Origin: Eutreptiella sp. 'Long Island Sound 2002'
Taxonomy: Eukaryota; Protista; Euglenida
Direction: 5' to 3'
DNA: 64,000 bases
Assembly (NCBI GenBank): GCA_964036045.1
Contig: OZ038379.1
Coordinates: 14,322,001-14,386,000, forward strand
Shown: one piece after another, positions 24,901 through 37,519 of the stretch
Layout of the letters: every line of letters starts with the position of its first letter
Position numbering within the stretch: the first letter of the stretch is position 1
Notes under the pieces: generated by a model
Database searches by the model: none
What the model was told of the DNA's origin: nothing
The model's input: the letters and a program-made list of their open reading frames with translations, nothing else
Program-made: the position numbers and the translations under genes

Positions 24901-27900
24901 GAGATGCCTTGTTGAAGGCAATAGAATACCCACACATCCATAGACTATCACATTAGCTGGTTTGGCATTCGATGCTTTTTTTTAGAATTTGCATGTGACA
25001 TGCATACACACACACATACATAGTTTGACGCGAGTTTGGTCACCACCACACACATTAACACCAACTTTATCCAAACTTTGACCTCTTCAGTCCAATGGAT
25101 AGAAGCATGGACGAGGACAATGTACAACCACAATACGTGTACGTTTGGTCCCGCTGCCGTGCACATGGGAGGCTCTCCTTGTTGCAGCAAAAGAAGTCGC
25201 AATGAGTCATCTGAAACTTCCACGGAGCGTCAACAGAAAAAATCCAAAGTCGACCTTGAGACAGCAAATAGAGAGCTATGCATTGTGCTTGATGTTCTTT
25301 GAAAGCCTTTAAAGTAGTCTTTCCCGTGCTTATTTGAGCAGCCTATGCATGGGGACACGTCATGGCGTCTTTAGAATAACTAAATAACAAGGGTTGGCGG
25401 CGGAGGGGTATTTTGCGCAAAAAAGATGAAAGAAAGCTGCATTCTTGAAAGAATCTCCCCGAAACGTCTTTTCTTTTTTGTGTAGCATGTACAGTGGACT
25501 GCAGCAACGTCAACGCCATCCACTGGGGCCATCCATTGCCCGAAGCCCTCATCTTCGGCATGAGGCCTCAGCAGCCCCCCTCATGGCCCTGCCGCTTCTG
25601 TCATCGCCTTTACGACGCCGGCCAGTCTGCCCGCAGCGCCGCCGCTCCCGAAGAAGATGGAGTTGGAGAACGTACATGTGCGATGCCGCTGGGTTTTGTG
25701 ATGTTAAAAGCCAGCTTCCGATACGCACCGATGCATATTGACTCCATGAAGATGACCCTTGTGTCGATGAAACCAAATTACTAAATTGTTTCCATTTGCC
25801 AAGAGGCCCCCCGTGGTTGGACAACAGCAGTTTGGCCATTGCCACCTAAGGAACCCATATGAGCCTAAAATCGAGCCGTCTCCGATAGTAGTGTGATGCA
25901 TAAAACATGTCGGTACCACGGAAGACAGGCTCCAACAGAGGGGAGAATGGTCAAAAACAACACGAATTCGGCCCAAGCATGCCTGTGTTGCAACATGTTT
26001 CAGCGGCACCGAGAATGATGCATGAGCAAAGCATCGGAGGCTAGGTCGAAGGATCTGGGACACGTAGCTAGCAATGAGGTTCGAAATAGTGTTGAGCAGC
26101 TTGGCGGGTCTATTGCAGAGAGGTTGGACCCTAAGGTGGGACAACGGAAGATGATGTCGTGGGTAAAGTGGGGTGTTTGCAACTTTCCGAAAATTGCATT
26201 GGTTCCTCCCTGCATTGGTACCTCTATGACACAAAAGGAGACATGTGCAAAAAATGCATAAGCTTTGTGGCCACTATTAACTCAAACTGCCGCCTTAGCA
26301 AACGTCGGTGATTGGAAGGGGCATGGGGCAGGGGCTTACAAGGGAATGGTGACAAAAAATTTTCACCACTTGTCCCGTAAGTGCGCCAACCTATGGGTCA
26401 CAACGCCCCAAAGAAGGGCAGCTTTTTTTTTATTCAAAGAGGCCAGTACGGAATGTGCCATGTGCCGCGAAGGGCAAAGTTCACCGATAAGTACAGATAT
26501 TGGCAGTGCCAGGGTTAACAAAGGGGCTGAGCCATGGCTTCCCCCATGGTTGAGCCCCCATGGTTTTCCGTTGGTGTTGGTGTCGTCATATTAGGGGCAT
26601 TCCCCATTCGTTTGGATCCCGGTGCCCTTTTTGTCGTTTAGGTAGTGGCTGCAGCGGGACTTCCCGCAAGGTGGGGTCCCACCGCTCCCGTGTCCGTTTT
26701 CGTGCGAAGAAAACTGCTTGTCCTGCCCGTTCGAGATACGTCCCAGTAGAGGGCTGTCTTTAGTCGGTATCCTTTTGGTGTGTCTTGCGCCAATTGAATG
26801 AGACCTCCTTGTTCAAGCAAGGCGTAACGGGCTTTTCGACTGTGGTATGTGAGGAGCAGTGTTGTGTCTGCGCAAAGACGCGTGAACATCTCATGCGAGA
26901 GGAGGGACGTTTTTGAGTTTGCATGATGTTGCATGGTGTAGTGTTTTGCTTGTTCGTACCATTGTCGATGTTCCAGACACAGTGCTGTGTATGCGATTGT
27001 ACGATGCTGCGTCTCTATGTGTTCCTTTTTTTAAGTTTTCCACCGACAGATGGTAATCTGGTAAAACCCCTCACGTGTTGTAGTGCGGTTTCAGTGACTT
27101 GGGCATGTCGGTAAGTGTCTAACGCACAGTGGGCGGGCTGTACAGCCAGTTTGTCACAGAAGGAGAGGAAGTGCTTCCACCGGTGGGCTAGGTTGTTGAG
27201 GCGTCTGCGTTTTCATGTGCACTCCTCGTGTAACTGTTTTTGCGACCCATGTATGTTGGTAAACTAGGTCACCGCCTCCCCATCATTTGCACCGTGTGCT
27301 GCTTGAAGCCATAGCTCAGCGTCAACTATTCTAGTTGTTGTCGTCCCCGCCTTGCGCTTCCGGTTCCGTGCCACGTACCGCACTGGTGCTCCTACTAGGT
27401 CACGCAGGTTCCGTGCGGTTTCCCGTGGTGGTCGGGGCTGTGCAATAAACCTATTTAGCCATAGGGGGGGCGGGGGTTGCTTTGGTGTGGGGTCGGCTAG
27501 CTTCTCTCTCAAGGCTTGAACGGCCTGGATTATCCGAAACTGGAAGAGGCCCAACTCGGCCCGTAGTTTGTGTCTTTATACATCGGATATGAACGGCGAA
27601 ATGGTGGGCCTGCACGCTCCGATGCCCATCTTGGGGTCATTTTGAGCCCCAGACAACACCCATGTTGTGCCCAAATCCGCGTTTTTTGCCACTTGGCACC
27701 CACAGGGGGTCTCAAGGCGGTAAAAGGCACGATCTGATATGTGCACCACTCGTAGCGCATTAGAATTTTTTTCATTTTTCGTAATTGTCTTATAATGTAG
27801 GCCAAGTGCAAGGGGTTGTGGTGCGCTGCACGTGAAATTTTTGGGCAATAGCACTGTCGACAAAAGGGGCCTCAATATATGAAAACATGTTGAACCTGCG

Positions 27901-30900
27901 AGGATCACATCCTCAATTCTAATTGCATGCACTATTGTGTGTCGGCATCTTGCATGCGCGCCGCCCGGCAATCAAAGAACGCAAACTGAGAAGTTCGACT
28001 CCAAACTATGCGCTGATTAGCATAAATACCGGTTCATTGCTCGTTGATGCTTCGCAAAAAGGCCCAATGGCCACCATGAAGAACAGTCTCACAACCTTGG
28101 TGCTTAGTTTGCACGCACTGTTAGAATTCTCCCATGGCAGTCCATGAATTATATCTCTCTTGACAAACGATGACACATCTAAGAAGCAGTTCGTGCCTTG
28201 GCAGGATTGGCAGAGATACGAGAATTTTCACAATTAACGAATGTATAGAACGATAGATAGTTGCTTTGGACCACTTTGTGGCAGAATGGGTTGCATGTGT
28301 TGTGTTTGGCGTTGTGTGTCCTTCACTGTACCGCTTGTTGTCAAACCACTTCGTATACATTTTCCTCTCTCTGCCATAGTCAGCCCAAATGGTGGAGGGC
28401 GTTGCTGACCACGAGTGGGAGGAGACAGAGGCCACAATGGTGCAGGTGGCAGTGCAGCTAAGCGGTCTTCAGAAATCTGTCTTCAGAAAATCATCATCAT
28501 CGTGACCCTCGGCTGAACGATCAGGAGCATCCTCTTGATCCCCGGGCTTCTTCTGCTGCTGCAACTTCTGCTCCTCCTCGACCTTCTCCTTCCAATGCTC
28601 CTTCAGGAGCTTTTGGTGAATTCGCGGGTCACTGCATACGTTTGGGGTTGCAGTACCGCTAGCATGGTAGCTTGTCTAATGGTAGCATGCATGGTCTTCA
28701 TTTGTGTCATTGCGGAGGGAGAGAGAGGCGGGGGGGGGGGGATTTCGGCATGCAAGTCATGCAACCCCGAGACGGCATGCGTTATGTAGCCATCCAACCC
28801 GCATTCGGGCTCCCGAGAAGGCAATTGTTAGGTTGCCCCTCTTGATTTTGTCCCCGCTGTAAGTGCTGGGAACCCCCAACAACGTAGGGTTGTTTTGTCA
28901 GTCTACCCATGTTTGGGCCCCGGAGACGGCAGGGGTTAAGTCGCCCTTTGGGCTCATCATCTGCACGTCTTTCAGATTTTTCCAGGAAAGGCACATTGTC
29001 CTACACAGTTGTGTGGTGGCTCAAGGCGCTAGCCTTGCACTTTCCCTCGGCCCTGGTGGTGCTCCGGACCTTGTAATTTGAATGTTGGTGTTGATCTTCC
29101 GAGCCATTAATGACACAATCCCATGTTTCATTGGACCATCGCACAATTGCTCTGTACCCCCTACTGTAGCTTATAGGACCTTTGAGGCTAGGGCACCCGC
29201 TGGTTCCGGCCCCAAATGCGGCCAACGACCTCAATTCCACCTGCCATGTTGCCCTTTTGATATTCATGGCCTTCCTATTGGCCACTGGGTTTACGCTCCT
29301 TGTCCCCCCCCCCCCCCCTCACAAATTGCACTTGTCGGCTTCCTGAATCACGAAACAAGCACAACGCAGGAGAGCAAAAAACAAACACAGCAGTATGTGA
29401 GGACACCGAAGAATGTGGACCAATATGTGGAACAGGATGTTTTTGCATTGGTCCACGGCCCGGATTATCGGTTTATTACTTCCCCATTTGTATCCAACAA
29501 CCATTCAGCTTTCAACAACCATCTAGCCACTGCACGTGTATTCATTTTCACACCCCAAATACGCAAACCCAAAAGCCACAAGGAAGAATAGGTCCTACCC
29601 AATCCTTCTTGGATATCAAACAGCAGCTTAGCTATTCAGTGCTATCACTAGGATTGTGATGATGGATTAACTTTTGAATGACAGAGACTTTTGCTCAATT
29701 TTTATGTATGGCACAATACACCAGCACTCTCAATGAATCACAAACCACAAGCGACACAAATTCGTTGCCTTTGTGCGCCCTCGAATAGGGCTTCTAAGTT
29801 GTTGTTGGCCAGGGGCTCGGTTCAGGTTCAGGTTCAGGTTGGATGCACAGTGAGCTGCTACAGCGGTCACTGGCAAACTTGCTCCAGGAAAAAACCGTGG
29901 CACCCAATGATATTAGGATGCTCCAACTTCAAAAGTGCCTGCGCCTTGGCCTTTGGGCAAACAAGAGGGAGAGGAACAGAAAGAACAAGATGAGCGGAGA
30001 ACGACAAGGTATAAAGACTGCACGAGGTTTTCAATCAACCTCCCGGGTGTCAAATTGAAACGCATTTGATATGCACTCTCACCTTGTTGAATCATTTGCC
30101 AGGGTTAATACTCAACCCAACCGTCCAAACTTTTTGGCATCTCTTGCTGCCAATGAGCAACGCGCAGTACCCAATGCACAGTGCTTTGTAGTTTCCCTTG
30201 CTATCCTTTAGGTTACAGCTAAACACCTTGGTTGGCGCAAAAAAAAAACAGGCAATTAGTGCGCCATTCCAGGTTGTATTCTCGGATGCATTCATAAATT
30301 GTCAACAAGCTGCCCACTTTGGTGGCAGCCAGAGGAATGGTGGGCACCTTCAGGGCCTGATACAAAGCGACACCGAACCTCTTAGCACTCACACATTGCA
30401 CAAACGTACATGTGCACACCCAAGATGCAACTCATACCTCCACTAATGCAATTGTTCCCTTCTGCCAGTAATCGCAAACTATCTTCTTCAATGCCACTAT
30501 GGAGGTGCCCCACTTCACCAACCATACTTGGCCATACACTCCGGCACCAAGCTTCGTAACCACTTCATAGCATGGCTACACGCAAGGTGCAAAGAGTCGC
30601 ACACAAAGACTTGCGAATGAAATACCCTTGGAGCCCAGGCCAATTCCAAGGCAAAACACACATGACTGGAATGACAGGCTGAAAATCCTACCAACACCCT
30701 TGCTTCTTCTTTTCTTTCATTTTCACCCCTATCAAGGGCTTTGGCAGGCGTTGTTGAATCCCCCTGCAACCTCTTGCCCCGTCAACCGCGACTCTTCAAC
30801 CCGCCTCCCCCGGCCCCACAAACACCTGCAGCCTGAGCCCTGCCCCGCCACCGCATGGCACGCATACCCGCAGGAAGCCGCGTCTTGAAGATGTACACAG

Positions 30901-31470
30901 CCCCCGTCACATGCCCCTGTCGCAGCTGCTCCAACACAATGGCCCCCTTTTCCGGAAACGCGGAGAGAAGCAGCTGGTGCTTCACCTCCGGACCGAGCGG
31001 ACCGGGGCCCCCGACGGACGTCTGCTGGCGGGCGGGGGCGTGGGACACGCCGTCGCTGGGGCGGGGGCGCTTCGCAGGGACGGCGTGGGCGGTCATCGCA
31101 GTCCCCGGCCGCTTGCGAGGCCCAACCGGCGGTTGTGGAGCGGTTGCGGGACGGTTGGGCGGTTGGGCGGAGCAGCCGGTGCGAGAGGCGGTGCCCGTGC
31201 CGGACCCATCGCCCGAGGCGGTGCGGAATGCCGGACCCATGCTGGGCCGGTACCGTGAGGCCGGGCTGTGGGGCGGGGGCATCGCCGGGGCGTCGCGCGC
31301 GGCGGATCGTTGCCGGCTGCGGGGCCCGGAGGCGGCGCCGGGGGTACCGGGGGCAGCGGCCACGGCGGAGGGGCGGGCCACCACCTCGTGCCAACACATG
31401 CCGGCGCAGTAGACCAGGCAAGCGGCGTCTTCGGGGAAGAGGGAGCGCGCGACGGACTCCCCGGGGCACT
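21910..31470. repeat. 9.56-kb unit, copy 4 (9561 bp), continuous with unique flank
   Basis: Full ORF set; after 31470 the sequence is unique and extends the minus-strand reading frame into a LIM motif. Confidence 0.95.
30438..30575 (-). CDS. Kinase glycine-loop exon, copy 4; the only copy downstream of the intact LIM exons
   Basis: Same exon with tag acceptor at 30576-30578 and gtatg donor at 30437. The HPNI exon starts ~29950. Confidence 0.7.
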
Positions 31471-31705
31471 TGCCGTCCACAAAGGCTGTTCCGCATGTGA
31501 CGCACTTGCAACATGGGAGGTGATAATACTTGCCAGCCACCTTCACCATGTACCGAGCCAGCGAGAATTTAAGGCAGACACGACACAACTCTGTGATGAG
31601 AAAGATACAGTGGAACCCAACACCACTTTTGTCCCAGTTTTGGACCCCTCAACCTTCCTCTTCTCCATTGATAGTGGCACATGTTCCGCTGTTGCTGGTG
31701 CTCAT
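30868..31705 (-). CDS. 5' exons of a LIM-domain protein (exon 1 31705-31654, exon 2 31590-30868), probably spliced to the kinase exons
   Basis: ATG 31705 MSTSNSGTCATINGEEE, G|gttgag...tcatcacag|AG (63-nt intron, phases match), then LCRVC-x17-HLPCCKCVTC. This is the LIM pattern Cx2Cx16-23Hx2Cx2Cx2C, including the GKxxH signature. The last ligand pair is atypically spaced. A Pro/Ala/Arg-rich linker follows, with a gtatg donor at 30867. Confidence 0.7.
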
Positions 31706-33262
31706 GTGCCCTCGCCAGTTCCTTACACTGAAAAGCATGAAACCGTGTGGTGATGGCATATATTGCACTGATGCAGCTACTCGTCTTTTCCTTATGTTTT
31801 GAAGGGGTCTGTAAAAAGTCCAAAAAAATGGAGGGTTGAACGGTACAAGTGTTTGAGAGGAAAATTTTCACTTGGGGGGGAAGGGGGTCCTCCTAATTCT
31901 GCCCCCCCCCCCCCCGCGGGACAGGGGTGATAGGTGTACGTGTACGCGTTTTTTACGGCTAGCTTTTTCATTCCGAAACTTAGTAGAAGAATGTTGTTCT
32001 TCTCTTCTAAGGTGGTACAAGTTTTCTTCTATCAAATTTTGGACCTTAGCAGAAAGAAAACCCACCCACGGAAGAAAAACTTAGTACCAAAAATGTTTTC
32101 TTCCTAACTTTTAAAAGTTAGCAAACATTTTCTTCCAATTCTTGGGGCATAAGAATAACAGGGAAAATCATCCCCTCCGGGTCCATGTACTGTAATGTTT
32201 GCATATGCCTGAATGTGGTGCGCCAAGCAACAAACGTAGCCTCTTACTTTATCTTCCGCCAATTGCTCTGCAGCTCCTTGCTTCCTTACCTCATATTCAT
32301 GGCTCATAGGGATGTTGGATGTGTTTCAATGGCTCTCCGTCTGCAGCAACAAGCCCCTGACCCTTAGAGCCCTTTTCTTTACGTTTAGACTGGAGAAACA
32401 AGTAGTGGTCCGTGGAGTGCCTGTCTCAACACCCCCTAAAAGGGTTCTGGCCAGATCTGATCTTTCCAAACACACACAAACGATTTCACTTTCACACTTT
32501 CACCAACTCAACAACCTCCAGCAACCACCATCGAAAACTACAATCAACAACGACAATGGGCGGGCACTTGGCTAGTCTCGTGCTCAAATCGTGCCCCAAA
32601 TGCACATGACAAGAGCCCCTATACAATCATAGAGTTGGGGTACAAAACCTCGTATCCGCCCGGTTTCTTTCTATGCGCTCTTTTTTACTCGTACACGCAA
32701 CGCCGCTGTCTCCCTAGTATGTCCAACGTCGCCTGAAACTCCGCATGGATATGGTCCACCTATGTTGGGGTCGGGAGGAAGTGTGGGAATGGGGCCCTTA
32801 GGGGATTGTCAAGGGACTCGGTGTGGGGGAGAGAGGAACGAGGAAGGTATACAGAAATGTTGATGGGGATGGAAGTTGTGCGCGCGGTGCGGATACTCCC
32901 CAAACAAATGGTAGGGGACAATCTGCCGTGCACGCCGCCTCTTTTTGCCGCCATTCGGCCACCCTTCCTCATCCTGTGGCATCCAAGAAGGGCGGTTGTG
33001 GAGATGCATGGATCTTGGCGACCCGCCCCCTGAGCAAAGCTCAGCAGTTCCGCTGCCTTTGAAGCCATCCTCTGCCCTCAGCTCCTCCGGGGGCGTCCGC
33101 CAGCCACACGGCCGTCTGCGTACCCTCCCAAGGTCCGGAACAACCATTTCCCTGACCCCCACATTCTTTCTGCGGGGCTGCAGGGCCTTGTTTCCTTGGG
33201 AACTCCCCCGCGTTCGGCTGTTCGGCTGCCGCCCCCCCCTGCGACCCCTCCTTTTCCCACAG

Positions 33263-33442
33263 GACCGCGGCACCTACGCCAAGACCTACAGCAACACCGA
33301 TATCGAGGGCACGGCCCAGGGCTGCAACGTGTGCAACGCCTGCGCGTTCCTGTACGAGCTGGACGGCCGGTCCCATTTCACGTGCACCCACGACGGCTTC
33401 CGCTTCCCCCGCAGCACTCTGGACGGCACTTGCCCGCTGTAG
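33263..33442 (+). CDS. Terminal exon of an unidentified Cys-containing protein
   Basis: cttttcccacag acceptor; 59 codons almost all ending in C/G (DRGTYAKTYSNTDIEGTAQGCNVCNACAFLYELDGRSHFTCTHDGFRFPRSTLDGTCPL) then TAG. Confidence 0.65.
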   Translation, partial: DRGTYAKTYSNTDIEGTAQGCNVCNACAFLYELDGRSHFTCTHDGFRFPRSTLDGTCPL

Positions 33443-36400
33443 AGGGGGTCAGGGACAGTGCACACGGGTGCAGCACGGCAGGAAGCGCTGGGGTGGCGCA
33501 GTCACGGTCAGGCGCGCACGCCTTTGTGCGCCCTTTTCGACACCTCCCAATTCTACTGCACATCCCGCCACCCTCATCCCCAACGTCACACCCAATGCCA
33601 CCCGCCGTCGAGCTCCCTCGCCCAAACGCTGCACGGTGCACCCTCTTTGAGACCACCCCCTCCGCACAAACCCAAAACGAAGTGCGGCGGGTGCCTGCTC
33701 TGATGCGGTGCAGACCAGACTACGCCAGTAGCGTCCGCCGTCCACATCATCAGAAGAGGGTAGTCCCGAGCTATCCGGTTGGTGAGGCGGATTCCCACTG
33801 AGTTGCAGATGTAGGGATGACGTTGCACAGCGGAGTGCTTGTGCGACCCTAGTTCTGTGGACGCTCGCGGCAAGGCTGATGAAGACCATTCATGTAGCGC
33901 TCCGGCGGCGGCACAAGGTCGCCGCCTCGAATGGCATCCCCACGGGAGTTCCCCCCCCCCCCCCCCCCTTTCCACCCCCCGTCACACGAGTGCAATGGCC
34001 AGCGCTCCTTCTCCGTGTGTGATGTAGGCGGAGATTCACGGTGGATGGCATACGCAGTTTGTTCGCATTGTTGAGGAAGGGCCGCCCGGCGTGTGTCCTG
34101 GGTCTTGGCTACTTGTGGCTTCCCAAGGCCAGGGTTTGCTGCGGCCACTGGGCACGTGCTGGGCACCAGAAATGACAGCTCCACACCGAGTGTTTGTGCG
34201 ACGCCACCCCAACCAAAACCGCCTGTGATATGCACCATTCGTGAGTCTGGGTATAGTAGTGTAGCTTATAGTAGTCGGGTGGGCAGCACACCACCGCAAC
34301 CGCCCTGTTCGTGCTCTACGCACCCGCGTCCACGCGTTTCACCGATGCCTTTTGGGACACGTTCAGTTAGAGGCATCTGGGCTTGCCGTGAAGGGTTCCA
34401 GAGGGCGTCCATATAACCCCCCAACCCCATTTGTAAGATCTTTGTGATTGGCGAGAGGTCGATTGACGCCGCCAGCTGCTAGGAGCCCCGCAGCCAATTT
34501 GCTGGGCTTTGTCCCAACCCCCACCCCGGTTCCTCAGTCTTGAGGGCAAAACCCCCCCTCCACGGTCTGAATGTCTCTGCCCACAAGCTGTCTGCCTGTC
34601 GCCCGTCTGCTAACCTTCTCACCGTTCACCGAATCTGGTTTTGATTTACCTGGTAAGTCATGGCACTCAAAACAGTAATGTAACAAAGCCAAAATTGGGC
34701 AGGGGAGCAGCCCCACCGCTTTCGAAGTCAGGGAAACTGACGACAATTTGCGGGTTCTCAGCCGCAGGCGCCACTTGCGTCTGCAGACACGGCTGCAGTG
34801 AACCCTGTTTCTGGTCAATTTTGACGCATTCCAGCCGTGTTTCGAGGCTGCCTCTGTGGGTGGGTGCCAGTGAGTGACAACACCAACTTTGAACGGATGG
34901 CCCCAAATCTGCCAACGGGCAGAGGAGGGCCTTCCTGTCCTTCTCTGTGCATTGCCCCTCCCCGGAAAGCGGAAGATGGTTTCGCAAGGGGAGGGACCTG
35001 TCCCCTGCCCCCACCCAAGGGGGTTGTGAACACTGTCCCGGGTCCGAAAGGGGGAGGGGGAGCAATTCCAGCCGGCTTGTCTTTCCTGAATCCCCTGGTG
35101 CCGGCATGTGGGGGTCTGGTGAGCGTTCCTGGCCGCCACATGCCCACAGACCGGGGGGCAGAGCCGTGCAATCGCATCGATGAAATCCATATAGGGGCCC
35201 CTGCTTCCCTGCCCTGCTCCGGTTCCCCACATTTGTCTCCTGAATTTTCTTGTTGGGGGTGTTTTGTACCTCACAGTCACACAAGCGGCCGTGTGCACAG
35301 CAACCAGCATTCAGAGGTGGTAAAAGGGAGCCCTGTTGAATGCCTCAACCCCCCCCCCCCCCCCCGCCATTGCATTTTGACCACAGCCGGGTCACGGGAG
35401 TGACAGACGACCTTCATTCCAAATGTGGAGGGCTACAATGGTCACCTTTTTTGTGGCCGCACAGCCTCGTGTCGACCTGCATCCAAGCATACACTGCACA
35501 CGCAGTCTTACATCTCCGCGTGTGCACAGACTGCAGCCTCTGTGAAGCTGCATGTTCAATGTCCGCCCCGCCAACGCTCACACCCGCACACGCACATGCA
35601 CACAGTGCCCTGGCACAATAACCCTCCGTGGCTGCAAGACCCTCGCTCTTCAGCACCGTTTGTGGCTGGCACGGCCATGTAGACACATGTCACAGTTTCA
35701 GCCCATGCCCGCTGGGCTGTTGCAGAATTCTTCCATGAGTCTTGTGGAACTACCACGAGGAGGTTCGCAGGAACAAGACCATGTTGATTATACCCTGTTT
35801 CTCTGTCTGTCTGTCTGTCTGTCTGAACCGTCTGTCTGCATTATCCCTCAAATATCTTTAAACCATGCGAGTGGTTGGGTCAGGGCAGGATGGAGGGATG
35901 GAGGAAGGGAGGAGTGTATACACGCATATGTGTGTCCGCACTTTTGTTTTCTGTTTTCCTGTATGTCTGTTTTGGTGAGACAACCCTGAACCCCTGTTTT
36001 TTTTTTTGCTTCGCTGTATCAAAAGGCCCCAGCCCGTGTTGGTTCTGGAGGCCGCTGTAGCATTGGCATGTTGTTTACGGATCTGGGTTTGTGTTCCAGA
36101 TTCTCTATGGCCCCTGCTATCGTTTGAGAGTGGTGGGCACGAATTGATTCTCTTCCTCAGTTTCTACTCCGTCGCCGGGCACAGGGTGTGATACCTCTGC
36201 AGTCGTAGCCCAAGTCCCAAGGCAGCAGGATTCGGTTGCGTTTTCCCCAACAGCATTTCGTCATCTCCGCAGCGATTTCTGAAACAACCCAACCCAACAC
36301 CGCAGTCCATGCGCAATCCCACTTCCCTCTCCAGAGCGACACATTCCCCTGGACCCAACCCCCATTTCATTTGCTGTTGAATGCGACCATCAGTCTTGCT

Positions 36401-37375
36401 GCTGAGGTATTAATGGTTTTGCTCTGCTGAGGCAGCCTGTGCACCAGGTTGCGGTACATCTGGTTTCCCATGGTGAAAATCTTGGGTTGACCAGCAGCCC
36501 AGAGCAGCCCAGAGCAGTATCTGGTGCCCCTCATTTCTTACCATCCACTAGCCGGCCACGGCATGTGAGAGACCACAGTATTACCCGTCAGGCATTCTGA
36601 TGCTAACCCTTCAGGGACAGCCCGCTGGAATATTTCCACGGGTTGAGGGTCATATCGTCAGTAGTAAAAAAGACTCAAATGAGAAAAGTGCTATCTGCTC
36701 CTTGGCGCCTCCATGAATCTTGGGGGGTTTGTAGTTGCCCTGGAGGTTCAAAGGGTGTCAACGAACAGCCATCCCACTTTTCCCAACCACAATGTAAGAC
36801 CATGTAAAGTGTTGAAAGTCTCAATGGAGGTGCTGGAAGATTGTGACAGTGCATTGGAAGAATCTGAAGTTCCTCAAAACTCAGCCCTCAACCTAATGGT
36901 GCTGCTCCGACTGCTGCTAGTTTTTGTCCCTTGAAGCATGTCCCTGTGCCATTCATCTCCAAGCCTTTGAAGTGTTGGGTCAAAAAATCTTCTTGTTGGT
37001 ATGCTCCAGTTTTTGTCATTTTGCTGCTGTTGTGTGTTGTATGTGCCCTCCATGACTGGTGTGCTGTGACCACAAATCCTGCACAGCAGCTCAGTGTACT
37101 TGCACCCTTATGCCATCCTGTTTTCAGTTTTGGCCACGGTTGCGGATCATAGATTGGAAGACCCACAGAACCACGGCTCCACAGATTGTGCTCAGTTTCT
37201 GAACTTCTAAGTGTTTGATAATTCTGGAGTTGCTCACGATATTTCTATGGATGTTTCATGCAGTCAGTTGTATCACATGCTGACGTGGTCAGGTTTACGG
37301 CCCTAGAAGATTGATGTCATTTTTCTTTTTCACTGCCATCTTTGGACATCTTTGTTCAGATTTTGTGATCTCCAG

Positions 37376-37519
37376 ATGGAGACGGCAAAGGAATGTGGTA
37401 TGAAAGAGGAGTGGCGTGGGGTTGAAATCATTCATGACCCGAGAAACAACCACACCAGGAGTGTACTGGATGCTGGTGGTTTAAGACCTGCTGTTGCTGC
37501 ATTGGAGAACTTCTTTATG
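37376..37519 (+). CDS. Possible exon, unknown product
   Basis: tctccag|METAKECGMKEEWRGVEIIHDPRNNHTRSVLDAGGLRPAVAALENFFM|gtaggt; 48 codons between canonical splice signals. Confidence 0.3.

Larger units (their letters stand above)
1..31470. repeat. Head-to-tail tandem array of a ~9.56-kb unit (large segmental amplification); left end lies outside the window
   Basis: The same ORFs recur (e.g. 56/9601/19157/22199). The boundary string gacggactccccggggcact ends at 9308, 18867, 21909 and 31470. It is followed by gggcggtggg in internal copies but by unique tgccgtccac after 31470. Copies differ only by scattered SNPs and small indels. Confidence 0.97.

Noticed and set aside
1-31470. Helitron, Polinton or LTR element as the repeating unit
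   Set aside because: No Rep/helicase, PolB, integrase or RT motifs recognised; no TC...CTRR ends, TIRs or LTRs at the boundary; the boundary falls inside a host exon.
34534-35403. 258-aa, 205-aa and 188-aa overlapping ORFs
   Set aside because: No motif, no codon bias and mutually overlapping; not supportable as genes.
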